A stretch of DNA of 64,000 nucleotides from an uncultured bacterium (lineage in GTDB: Bacteria > Acidobacteriota > Thermoanaerobaculia > Multivoradales > JAHZIX01): NCBI GenBank assembly GCA_965368975.1, contig CBDUPA010000003.1, forward strand, positions 288,001 through 352,000. Reading direction: 5' to 3'. The notes beneath the pieces are model-generated. The model was given only the letters and a program-made list of their open reading frames with translations. It ran no database searches and was not told the origin of the DNA. A program made the position numbers and the translations under genes. Shown here piece after piece: positions 1-9,076 of this stretch; the first letter of the stretch is position 1, and each line of letters opens with the position of its first letter.

Positions 1-59
1 CGGCTTGCACTTGCCGCCGCTACCGGCGCCGAACAAGTCAGAAATCTCACTCCAGAGAC

Positions 60-1700
60 TCAGAGTTTGATGTCCTTGCACTTGCCGTGGCTACCAGCGG
101 CCCAAAGCGTCTGGATCTCGGTGGCGCTCAGCTCGCGGGAGAAGAACTCGATCTCTTCCATGGTCGCGTCGAGGTAGCTGCCGTTGGCCTGGCGGCCGAT
201 GTAGACGGGAGCGCTGTTGTCCAGGTTTCCCTGGCGGCTCGACGGGTTGCGGCGCGTGCCGACCTCGACGCCATCGATGTACCAGCGGATGCCTTGCGGA
301 TCGTCGCGGTCGACGGTGACCGCGGCAAGGTGCCACTCGCCATCGGCGACGAAGCCGGCGAAGTTGGTGCCGCCGGCGGTGCCCGCGACGTAGTTGGTCC
401 AACCGCCGTCGGCCAGCTGCAAGGCGAGGTAGCCCTTGTAGAGGAAGAAGAGGTAGCCGTAGTACTGGCCCGCCGAACTCGACCGCTTGTCGACGATGGT
501 CGTGACGTGGCCGGTGTCGGTGGTCTTGATCCACAGATCGATGGAGAAGTCGCCGGTGCCGGCGTCGAGGGTCCATGGGAACGAGACCTGGACGTAGTCG
601 TTGACACCGTCGAAGTCGAGGGCATTCCCCACGACGCCGGTGGTCCAGGAAGCGCCGTAGACGGTGCCGTTGTTACCGTTGAAAATGTCCGGGGCCGAGT
701 TGCCCGAGCTGTGGTCGAAAGGCCACCAGCCTTGTAGACCACCGGGTGGGCGAATGCAGCTGTCGGCTGCGAAGACGCAGGTTGTCAGGCCGGTGGCGCC
801 GTTCGGCAGGCCTGATGGGCCGACGTTGACGAACTGGCCATTCGCGGGGTTCAGGGTCCGCAAGTCCTTTGTACCGTCGCTGGCACCGTCGAGCACATAG
901 TGCGTGCCGGAGGCTGGGTCGATGTCGTAGCCGGCGACGGTGCCGGTAGACGCCGAGGTGACGATGCTGCTGAGCACCGAGGCGTTGAGCGGGTTCACCT
1001 CGTAGAGCGTTGGTGGCCCGGTGACGGTGCGGCCGTCCAAAACGTACAGCCTGCCGCTGGCGTCGAAAGCGATACCGTCGGTGTCCGGTTGGCCTTCTCC
1101 CACATTCAAGTTCATGGTTCCCACCAACGTGGCGGCACCCGTCGCTTTGTCGAGGGTGTACAGCTTATTGATGGCGGCGTAGTAGAGGGTGCCGGTGGTC
1201 GGATCGACCGAGATGTCGCCCTCCAGGATCGATAGACTGGTATCGCCGATGGCGGTGTAGACACCCGAGGTCGGGTGGATGCTGTACAGGTGGTTGGGGT
1301 AAGGCCCGGCAGAGTACCTGTTGACCCCCCACAGCTTGCCGGCCGCGGCGTCCCACTCGATTCCGATCAGGGTACGTACGCTGAGTGGACGTGGGTTGCT
1401 GGCCGTGCCGATGAGGTTGTTGATGTCCCAGAGCGAGATCGGCTGCGACGAGTTTCCCAAGTCGTTGGCCCAAAGGCAGGTCTGTTCCAGGATCGGTTCC
1501 GGTTCGATGGTCAGGTCGCCGACGCGTACCTCGCGCTGCGCGGTCAAGTGCGATGGCAGCACCAGGACCCAGAAAGACAAGAGCGCGACGAGAGCGCCGA
1601 GCGGTGAGGTCCGCCGGCTTTGGCCGGGATCGGAAACGTGTGAGCTGTACTGCTTCAAGGTCTTCCTCCTTCTAGCGGTGATTCTGGAGATGGAGTACAC
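60..1700 (-). CDS. Secreted protein: N-terminal beta-propeller plus C-terminal LamG/concanavalin A-like domain
   Basis: 546 aa ORF. Hydrophobic signal-like segment (LGALVALLSFWVLVL). Blade-like repeats (GIEWDAAAGKLWGV, DISVDPTTGTLYY, GIAFDASGRLYVL, GYDIDPASGTHYVL). LamG signatures WWPFD, ALDFDGVNDYV, FSIDLWIK, DGEWHLAAVT, WYIDG, EEIEFFSRELSATEI. Exact start uncertain. Confidence 0.8.
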   Translation of the reverse strand: MYSISRITARRRKTLKQYSSHVSDPGQSRRTSPLGALVALLSFWVLVLPSHLTAQREVRVGDLTIEPEPILEQTCLWANDLGNSSQPISLWDINNLIGTASNPRPLSVRTLIGIEWDAAAGKLWGVNRYSAGPYPNHLYSIHPTSGVYTAIGDTSLSILEGDISVDPTTGTLYYAAINKLYTLDKATGAATLVGTMNLNVGEGQPDTDGIAFDASGRLYVLDGRTVTGPPTLYEVNPLNASVLSSIVTSASTGTVAGYDIDPASGTHYVLDGASDGTKDLRTLNPANGQFVNVGPSGLPNGATGLTTCVFAADSCIRPPGGLQGWWPFDHSSGNSAPDIFNGNNGTVYGASWTTGVVGNALDFDGVNDYVQVSFPWTLDAGTGDFSIDLWIKTTDTGHVTTIVDKRSSSAGQYYGYLFFLYKGYLALQLADGGWTNYVAGTAGGTNFAGFVADGEWHLAAVTVDRDDPQGIRWYIDGVEVGTRRNPSSRQGNLDNSAPVYIGRQANGSYLDATMEEIEFFSRELSATEIQTLWAAGSHGKCKDIKL

Positions 1701-1786
1701 TTGCCGGGAAAGTTCTCCGCCACGCCTGCCAGCGTCGTTCAGCGTCTTCCCTCTCCCAGCTCCAAATCGACAAGTAACGAGCGGTT

Positions 1787-3046
1787 TTGCAAACTGGACG
1801 GAACCAGCAGTCCGGAACGGTCCTCAGCGACTATCTCCGCGCCCTGGACCCGGCCGATGCCGCGCCCGCACAGGCACCTCCGGACGCTCTCTTCGACGGC
1901 TTCTGGCGTGCCTTCCGGGCCGTGGTGCGGCAGGAGGTTCGGCGCCGGGGTTTGGGCGGCGCGCCACCGCGCTTCCTGGGGATCGACGGTGACCACTGGG
2001 ACCGCCACACCCTGGAGGAGCTGACCACCGACTGCTACGTCTACCTGCTGGCCCGCCTGCGTGCCCTCAAGGCACAGCTGCGTGTCAAGCCCCATGTCGA
2101 TGGCCTGGTGCGTCTCAACGTGCGCCACTGCCTGCACGAGCGGCAGAAGGCCGGCGATCCGCTGGGCTACCGCGTCTTCGAGGTGTTCCACGAGGCGGTG
2201 CGACTGGCGTTGGAGCAGGGATGGTTGGCCGGGCCTGGGGAGGAGGATGTTTTGGACAATGACAGCTGGTTGACCGTGGGCCCTGGTAGCGAGACCAGCG
2301 CCGGTGATGCGGGCGGAGGATTGGGGGCCATGGCGGTGCTCGACCAGGTCCAATTGAGCCGGGACCAGTTGAGCCCCACCCTGCGCCGCTGCTGCGATGA
2401 GTTGCTTCCCGAGCTGATCATCGCCCGTGGCGGCCGGCGGCGGCGTGTTGTCGAGGCACTGAGCCGGCAGTTTGCGCGGCTCGGGGCCGCTGATGAGGCT
2501 GCGTCGACCCCTGGAACCGTGTCGCGCTTCCGCTTCAAGGATCTTCTCGATGCCGCCAAGAGCGCGGTGCGCTGGCGCTGGCGCGAGCTGTGGTTGAACG
2601 AGCAAGGGGACGGCGCACGCAGGGGGGCGGTCGACGAGGACGCGGCCGAGCCCGTCGAGCGTCGAGCCGACCACCGAGCCGACCACCGAGCCGACCGTCG
2701 AGCCGAGCGTCGAGCCGTCGCAGCCTGGCTACCGATCCTCCACCCACGCTCCGACTACGAGGAGCGGCAAGCTTTCCTGCGCCTGACGGACTGCGTCGAC
2801 CGCGGCGTGCGCGCCGGCAGTGCCAGTGATGCGAACGGTCACTTGAGTACCCTTTGGCAGTTCCTGCGGCGCCAGGCGCCGGATGTCGAAGTGCTACCGT
2901 CGCGCCGCAAGGTCGCCGCCTTCCTGGGGCTGCCCCGCTACCGCCTTCCGGAACTCTACGACCGGCTGGCCGAGCTGGTCGAGGGCTGCCGGCGTGCGCT
3001 GGCGGGGGATCTGGGCGAGGCAGAAGCAGGAGAGGAGCGGTCATGA
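1787..3046 (+). CDS. Hypothetical protein, divergent ECF sigma factor-like / HTH protein
   Basis: 419 aa ORF with coding-like codon bias. N-terminal segment LEELTTDCYVYLLARL...GLVRLNVRHCLHERQK loosely resembles sigma region 2. C-terminal SRRKVAAFLGLPRYRLPELYDRL resembles a region-4 HTH. The functional call is inference. Confidence 0.5.
   Translation: MQTGRNQQSGTVLSDYLRALDPADAAPAQAPPDALFDGFWRAFRAVVRQEVRRRGLGGAPPRFLGIDGDHWDRHTLEELTTDCYVYLLARLRALKAQLRVKPHVDGLVRLNVRHCLHERQKAGDPLGYRVFEVFHEAVRLALEQGWLAGPGEEDVLDNDSWLTVGPGSETSAGDAGGGLGAMAVLDQVQLSRDQLSPTLRRCCDELLPELIIARGGRRRRVVEALSRQFARLGAADEAASTPGTVSRFRFKDLLDAAKSAVRWRWRELWLNEQGDGARRGAVDEDAAEPVERRADHRADHRADRRAERRAVAAWLPILHPRSDYEERQAFLRLTDCVDRGVRAGSASDANGHLSTLWQFLRRQAPDVEVLPSRRKVAAFLGLPRYRLPELYDRLAELVEGCRRALAGDLGEAEAGEERS
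2657..2716 (+). repeat. Five imperfect 12-bp tandem repeats, in frame (ERRA-DHRA-DHRA-DRRA-ERRA)
   Basis: gagcgtcgagcc/gaccaccgagcc/gaccaccgagcc/gaccgtcgagcc/gagcgtcgagcc read directly. Confidence 0.9.
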
Positions 3047-4098
3047 CAGATCGAGGTAGGACGGTCCAAGTGCGGCAGGCGGCCATCGGCGACCTGTACG
3101 TCCTGGCCGAGCTGAACGCGACGACCCACGGTGGCGATCACGATGCCGAGAGTGTTGCAGGCGCGCTGGAGTGGCTGCTGCTGGAACAGCCAAGCGCGGA
3201 GCGCTGGCTGGTCGTCCCGGCCGACACGCTGCCGCTGACCGGTAGCGGCGACGTCGAGGTGCCACCGCAGGCCGCCACCGGACCGCTCGGCTTGCGCTGC
3301 CGCTTCGCCGTCGAGCTACCAGCTTCTGCACTGCGGCCGGAGTTGTACAACGGTACCGTCGAGGGCCGCTGGGTCGCGGCGGCGCGTGCGCGTGTGCAGG
3401 GGGACGCGAGCCTCGAGGCGGCCCCGCTGGCCGAGGAGACGGACCTCGATCCGGAGTACCTGGAATGGCAACGCGGCGTGCTGCGGCCTGCCCGCGCGGC
3501 TGTGGAAGCTCTGAGCCGTCCGGCTCCCGTCGTCGCGCTGCGCCGGGCTAGCTCACCTCAGAGTTCAGGCGCTGGGGCGTCCTGGCGGGCGCGCCGAGGA
3601 GAACTCTTGCGTCTGGCGGCGACGGCCGTTCTGGCTGCCGGTCTCGGCCTCTGGGTCGGTCTCTGGAATGGCCTCTGGAATGGCACGGATCCGCGGCCAG
3701 AGCAGGCCGAGGTCAACCTGCGCCTCGAATGGCTACTGCCGGGGCAGGACGAAGTACGCGGCAGCCAGCGCGAACTGCGCTTTACCGAGTCCGCGATGCC
3801 CGGTGAGCGCGTAACCTTCGTGCTCGAGACCTGGCGACCGTGGGATGGCGAGCGGTATCGGCTTGAACTGTGGCGCCAGGATACCAGTGACCGCGCGGCC
3901 TACTGGAGCAGCGATGAGCTCCGCTTGCAGGGAGCCTCCGAGATTCGCTTCAGTCTGCCGCGCGCCTGGCTGCCAGCCGGTCGCTACCAGCTGCGCCTGT
4001 TTGGTCTGGAGACGGGGGCCGATGCAGCAGAGATCGGTGCGATCCCGGTAGCGTTGGAAACCTACGACGTGCGGATCGAGGTCGGGGGCGATGAGTAG
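3043..4098 (+). CDS. Single-pass membrane protein, putative anti-sigma-like partner
   Basis: ATG at 3043 overlaps the upstream stop (ATGA) and is preceded by GAGGAG. Central TM segment LAATAVLAAGLGLWVGLW. C-terminal beta-rich domain (YRLELW, RFSLP, LPAGRYQLRLFG). Confidence 0.65.
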   Translation: MTDRGRTVQVRQAAIGDLYVLAELNATTHGGDHDAESVAGALEWLLLEQPSAERWLVVPADTLPLTGSGDVEVPPQAATGPLGLRCRFAVELPASALRPELYNGTVEGRWVAAARARVQGDASLEAAPLAEETDLDPEYLEWQRGVLRPARAAVEALSRPAPVVALRRASSPQSSGAGASWRARRGELLRLAATAVLAAGLGLWVGLWNGLWNGTDPRPEQAEVNLRLEWLLPGQDEVRGSQRELRFTESAMPGERVTFVLETWRPWDGERYRLELWRQDTSDRAAYWSSDELRLQGASEIRFSLPRAWLPAGRYQLRLFGLETGADAAEIGAIPVALETYDVRIEVGGDE

Positions 4099-4100
4099 GC

Positions 4101-7100
4101 TCAGGGCCAGTCGTGGATCGCACGTGGGTCGCCGCTGAGCCGGAAGCCGGCCCAGAAGTACGGTGGATAGTGCTCGGCCAGGGCCAACTGCGCCCGCCGC
4201 AACGCTTCGTCCTTGGGCAGGCCATCGAGGAGCCCCTGGTAGAGCTGCAGCATCAGCACCTCCGTCGCCACATCCGCCACCGTCCACAGTGAGGCCAGTA
4301 CGGCACGGGCTCCAGCGACTTCGAAAGCCCGCGTCATGCCGACGAGGCCTTCGCCGCGCACGTGCTCGCCGAGCGCGGTCTGGCAGGCGGACAGGACGAC
4401 CAGATCCGCGTCCAGCTGCAGCTCTTCGAACACTTCCCAGACCTGGAGACCACCGTTGTTCCGGTAGTCGAGTCGATCAGCTGGGTCCGGAGCCAGGAGC
4501 AAGGCCGACTCGGCGGGTAGCGCTGGCTCCAGCACGGCGTGTGTCGCTAGGTGCAGGACGCGCGCCGAGGGCGCCCAGGTGCGCAGCTGCCGCTCGCTGG
4601 CCTCGGAGCCGAGCAGCGTCTGTGCACCGGGCAGCAACGTGGCCAGAGCCTCGACTTCGGAAGTTGCTCCTGGGAGTGGGGGGAGGTTGGTCGAAGACCG
4701 CAGATCCGGTGCCAGGGCGACCAGAGGCACGCGTCGACCTTCGTCGACGTCTTCAGCCTCGGAGCCGGAGCGGGTGGAGAGCTGCCGATGTTCTTGGTAG
4801 CTGGTCGCGGAGAGCGCGAAGTGCAGAGGTTTCCACTGCACCAAGGTCTCGGCAACCCTCTCCGTCGGTAGCTTCTTCGGCAGCGGAAGAGCCGCGAAGG
4901 GGAGCAAGTGGAGAGGACCGTCGGGAAGGAGCAAGAGCCGCTGAGCGGGCTCTAAGCTGGGTGCCGCGGCTGCCAGCAAGCGGTCGAACAGCCGATGGCC
5001 AAAGGCCTGAGCCGCGGCCAGGCGACGAGCCCCTCGTTCAGAGGTCTCGATCGCCAGCGCTTCCTGCAGTAGCTCTCGATAGCGTGCCACCTCGCGTGCC
5101 AGCTCCGCTTCGCCGATCCCGAGCCGAAAGACGGAGATCTCCTGCCGCGACTGCAGGAGGAACAGGAACGACTCGTGCTCTCCGACACTGAAGCTGAGCA
5201 GGGCTGTTCCCGCTTCCAGCTGTGCCAGGACCTCGCTGCTGGTCAGGGGCTGGCGCGCTAGCAGAGCGGGACCGGCTTCGCGTTCACCCAGCATTTCCAG
5301 CAGACTGCGCCCCAGCGAGCGCTCGTGGACATCGAACGCTGCTTCCGGCTCACCCAGCTCGATCAGCAGGCGCGTCCGTGCACGGTACATTTCCACGAAG
5401 TCGGCGCGAAAGCGGGCGCGCAAGCGGTGCGAGCCACCGAGGTGGTCGACCTGCCCCTCCAACGCCTGTAGACCTCGCCGTAAGGACTCGGCAGCCTCGG
5501 CACGGGCACCGCGCGCCAGCATCAAGCGGGCCAAGGCGTCGTACAGCTCAGCCGTCTGTGCGGTGGCTGGTTCCAGGCGCAGCTGCAGCTCCAGGGCTCG
5601 CCGGAAAGCTGCTTCCGCCAGCACAGGCTGGCCGGCGGCGGCGGCAGCGGTGCCGATCTGGAAATGGCTGAACACCACATCGAACCCCACGGCATCCTGG
5701 CGAGACGAGTCCACGGTCCCAGACTGTTCCCGTAAGCGCAACGCCTGCGTGTGCAGCCGCAAGGCCGTCTCCGGATCGCCGCCTTGCAGTGCCAGCAGTG
5801 CCAGGTTGTCGACCGCGACAGCTCGATCGAGAGGAGTTTCCTGAGACACGGCGTCGCGGTGGCGCCGGTACCAGGCGTGTGCCCCTTCGAGGTCGCCGTC
5901 CATGAGGGCCACGTCGCCGAGATTGAGCAGCGTCGTCGCGGACTCGGCCGGCTCGGTGGCGTGTGCCTGCTTGTGCTCCAAGGCTTCGAGCAGCAGCTCA
6001 CGCGCTCGCGGTAGGTCGCCGCGCTGGTACGCCACGCGTCCAAGGTTGTTGAGGGTCGAGCCGAGTTGGACATCGAAAGCAGAATCACGATCCACCAGGC
6101 GCCGCTCCAGTTCCAGGGCCCGCTGCAGGTAGTCCCAGGCCAGGCTGTAGTGCCCGCGGCTGATCGCCAGGCTGCTCAGGTTGTTGAAGGTACCCGCCAC
6201 GCCGGGACTTTCCGGTGCCAATTCCAGTCGTAGGCGAAGTGACGCGAGCAGATGGGCTTCCGCCTCGAGCGGAGCACCGCTCCGGATGGCGACATACGCC
6301 AGGCCATTGAGGGTGTTGGCGAGCGGCAGGCTGTGCGGCGCTCGCGCTTCCTGGATACGATGCGCGCGGCTGTAAGCGTCGCGGGCCGGTGCGGTCTCGC
6401 CACGCTGCATCGAGATGTGACCGAGGCTGTACCAGCGCAGGGCGACCAGCAGCGGCGTTTCGTTCTCGTCGAGTTCGGCCAGGTCCGCCTCGAAGGTCGT
6501 GCGGGCACCTTGCAGGTCTCCAAGACTGTATTGTGCTCTCGCCAGAGCATCGCGCAAGCAAGAGCGGGCCCGGGCCGCAGCGGCAGTGCCGACGAGCTGT
6601 TGTAGCCGCGTGATTCGCCTGTCCGGAGACAGCAAGCGCACACCTTGCCACTGTAGCCACAGCGCAGCATTCTCGTCGTGCACGCGGCCCGCCAAGCGTT
6701 GCCACGAGGAGGCCTCGGCATTGTTCGGGGGCAGTTCTGTCGCCGGCAGTTCGCTGGCTGGTACAGAGGGCCGCACCTTGACGCCCCAGGCTCCGGGGGC
6801 CACCGCCAGCGCGAGAGGCACCGTGCGCCCGTCCGTCTCGGTTCTTTCGCCGTGCAGAATTAGAGGGCCGCGCGCTGCCTGCTCGCTCTCCAGCCAGCAC
6901 CAGTCGAAGGGGCCCTTGAGATCTTCGGACACGGGCTCCGCGCCTGTAGCGCGAGACCAGCCGGTGAGCATGTCGCCGCGCTGGAGCCCGGCTGCCGCCG
7001 GTGCCGAGCCTGCCGGCACCTCCGTCACGATCACGCCCGGCAGCACGGTCAGTTGTGGCGGTACCTCGTCCGTCGCGGCAGGAGCACAAGCCCAGCCGAG

Positions 7101-7145
7101 GCACGTAGCGAGCGCGACGCCTGCGAGCGACCCACGAGGTTTCAT
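4101..7145 (-). CDS. PDZ-TPR-CHAT (caspase-like) protease, probable lipoprotein
   Basis: Signal peptide with lipobox-like LGWAC. PDZ-like GVIVTEVPAGSAPAAAGLQRGD. Multiple TPRs (ANTLNGLA, AGTFNNLS, STLNNLG, TTLLNLG). CHAT motifs LLPDGPLHLLPFAAL, VLHLATHA (catalytic His), VVLSACQT (catalytic Cys), ASLWTV, PYFWAGF. Confidence 0.92.
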   Translation of the reverse strand: MKPRGSLAGVALATCLGWACAPAATDEVPPQLTVLPGVIVTEVPAGSAPAAAGLQRGDMLTGWSRATGAEPVSEDLKGPFDWCWLESEQAARGPLILHGERTETDGRTVPLALAVAPGAWGVKVRPSVPASELPATELPPNNAEASSWQRLAGRVHDENAALWLQWQGVRLLSPDRRITRLQQLVGTAAAARARSCLRDALARAQYSLGDLQGARTTFEADLAELDENETPLLVALRWYSLGHISMQRGETAPARDAYSRAHRIQEARAPHSLPLANTLNGLAYVAIRSGAPLEAEAHLLASLRLRLELAPESPGVAGTFNNLSSLAISRGHYSLAWDYLQRALELERRLVDRDSAFDVQLGSTLNNLGRVAYQRGDLPRARELLLEALEHKQAHATEPAESATTLLNLGDVALMDGDLEGAHAWYRRHRDAVSQETPLDRAVAVDNLALLALQGGDPETALRLHTQALRLREQSGTVDSSRQDAVGFDVVFSHFQIGTAAAAAGQPVLAEAAFRRALELQLRLEPATAQTAELYDALARLMLARGARAEAAESLRRGLQALEGQVDHLGGSHRLRARFRADFVEMYRARTRLLIELGEPEAAFDVHERSLGRSLLEMLGEREAGPALLARQPLTSSEVLAQLEAGTALLSFSVGEHESFLFLLQSRQEISVFRLGIGEAELAREVARYRELLQEALAIETSERGARRLAAAQAFGHRLFDRLLAAAAPSLEPAQRLLLLPDGPLHLLPFAALPLPKKLPTERVAETLVQWKPLHFALSATSYQEHRQLSTRSGSEAEDVDEGRRVPLVALAPDLRSSTNLPPLPGATSEVEALATLLPGAQTLLGSEASERQLRTWAPSARVLHLATHAVLEPALPAESALLLAPDPADRLDYRNNGGLQVWEVFEELQLDADLVVLSACQTALGEHVRGEGLVGMTRAFEVAGARAVLASLWTVADVATEVLMLQLYQGLLDGLPKDEALRRAQLALAEHYPPYFWAGFRLSGDPRAIHDWP

Positions 7146-7559
7146 CGGAAGCGGCAGCTTACCACTGCCAGCGAGGCTTCGATCGACGTGGATCGGAGCT
7201 GCTAAGCTGGGCTGAAACCCAGGACAGTTGATTTCCAGAGGAGTTGAAGCCTTGCAGGAAAGAGTCGCGAGCGGTCTGGATCAGCTGATCCAGCAATGGA
7301 CCGGTAGCCAAAGCTGCTGGTGCAACTTGTCCTGTGCCACGCTTTCCTGCTCGACGACCTCTTGCTCCAGGGCATCCCCTGCGACCCCACGTGGCTACGT
7401 GCCGCCCTGCTCGACGACAGCCGTGGACCCATGGCTATCTTTTTCCTGGCTTTGGTCGCCGGAGCCCTGCCACCCACGCTGATCCTGGCACGAGAGTCTT
7501 TGGACGACGCTGGAGGAGGAGGGGAAGTGCGTTGACTGACGTGGAGCTGCTGCCTGTAG

Positions 7560-9056
7560 CTATTTCTTCTTCTTCCGCTTCGGCAGATACAGATCCGTCA
7601 AGGTCCCCGCGAACGCCTCCGCCGACATCGCGACGGTTTCGGACAGCGTCGGATGCGGGTGCACGGTCAGGCCGATGTCCTCGGCTTCGCAGTCCATCTC
7701 GATCGCCAGCGCCACCTCGGCGATCAGATCACCGGCATTCGGTCCGACGATACCGCCGCCGAGGACGCGCTTCGTCTCGGGATCGAAGAGCAGCTTGGTG
7801 CTGCCTTCGCTGCGGCCCAGCGCCAGCGATCTGCCGTTGGCCGCCCATGGGAAGGCCGCTCGCTCGTACTTCGTGCCGTCCGCCTTCGCCTGCGTTTCCG
7901 TCAGGCCGACCCAGGCGACTTCCGGGTCGGTGTAGGCGACGCTGGGGATGACACGGGCATCGAAGGCGGCGGGTTCGCCGGCGATGACTTCGGCGGCGGT
8001 CTTGCCTTCGTGCACGGCCTTGTGGGCGAGCATCGGTTGGCCGGTGAGGTCGCCGATGGCGAAGATGTTCGAGACGTTGGTGCGCAGCTGGCGGTCGACG
8101 GGAACGAAGCCGCGGTCGGTGACGTCGAGACTGGCGGCTTCGGCGTTCAGCTGGTCTCCGTTGGGCCGGCGGCCGACGGCGGAGAGGACTTTGTCGAAGG
8201 TTGCGGTCTTGGGGACTTTCGTATCGCCGTCCGGGCCTTCGAAGGTGACCTTCAAGCCCTGTTTCTGTTGCTCGACAGCAGTGACCTTGGTCTGCAGGTA
8301 GATGTTTTCGTACCGTGCGGCGATGCGCTTGTGTAGGGGGCGTACGAGGTCTTTGTCGCAGCCAGGGATCAGGCTGTCCATCAGTTCGACGACGGTGATC
8401 TTGGAGCCCAGTGCGTGGTAGACCGTTGCCATCTCGAGGCCGATGATGCCGCCGCCGAGGATCAGCAGGCGCTTGGGCACGTCGGTGAGTTCGAGGGCAC
8501 TCGTCGAGTCGAGGACGCGCGGGTCGTCGGGTAGGAAGGGCAGGCGCACGACCCTGGAGCCGGTAGCGAGGATGGCGGCGTCGAAGGCCACGGTCTTCGT
8601 CGAACCCTCGTGCTCGACTTCCAGCGTGTACTTCGACGTCAGGCGGCCGGTGCCCTGGACGACGGTCACTTTGCGGGCCTTGCTCATCGACGCGATACCG
8701 CCGGTCAGCTTGCTGACCACGCTGTCCTTCCAGCCGCGCAGGGCGTCGAGGTCGATCTTGGGCTTGCCGAAGCGGATGCCGTGCTCGGCGAAGTCGGCGG
8801 CTTCGTCGATTACCTTGGCGGCGTGCAGCAGCGCCTTGGACGGGATACAACCGACGTTGAGGCAGACGCCGCCAAGGTTGGGGTAGCGCTCGACGAGCAC
8901 GACCGTCTTGCCCAGGTCCGCGGCGCGGAAAGCGGCACTGTAGCCGCCGGGGCCGGAGCCGAGGACGAGTACTTCGGCGTGCAGGTCAGCGGCGTCGCGT
9001 ACGTTCTTAGGGGCGGGTTCGATAGCCGGTGGAGTCGCGTTCGAGAGTTCGCTCAT
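7560..9056 (-). CDS. lpdA: Dihydrolipoamide dehydrogenase (E3)
   Basis: GSGPGGY FAD motif, GGVCLNVGCIPSK redox disulfide, GGGIIGLE, HPHPTLSE. Start placed at the ATG of MSELS; the GTG at 9080 is an alternative. Confidence 0.96.
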   Translation of the reverse strand: MSELSNATPPAIEPAPKNVRDAADLHAEVLVLGSGPGGYSAAFRAADLGKTVVLVERYPNLGGVCLNVGCIPSKALLHAAKVIDEAADFAEHGIRFGKPKIDLDALRGWKDSVVSKLTGGIASMSKARKVTVVQGTGRLTSKYTLEVEHEGSTKTVAFDAAILATGSRVVRLPFLPDDPRVLDSTSALELTDVPKRLLILGGGIIGLEMATVYHALGSKITVVELMDSLIPGCDKDLVRPLHKRIAARYENIYLQTKVTAVEQQKQGLKVTFEGPDGDTKVPKTATFDKVLSAVGRRPNGDQLNAEAASLDVTDRGFVPVDRQLRTNVSNIFAIGDLTGQPMLAHKAVHEGKTAAEVIAGEPAAFDARVIPSVAYTDPEVAWVGLTETQAKADGTKYERAAFPWAANGRSLALGRSEGSTKLLFDPETKRVLGGGIVGPNAGDLIAEVALAIEMDCEAEDIGLTVHPHPTLSETVAMSAEAFAGTLTDLYLPKRKKKK

Positions 9057-9076
9057 GGTGCCTCGTCTCCCGGGGT

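Noticed and set aside
4101-7145. CHAT protein as part of a type III-E CRISPR (Craspase) or CBASS locus
   Set aside because: No gRAMP/Cas7-11, cyclase or array is in the window, and the protein appears exported.
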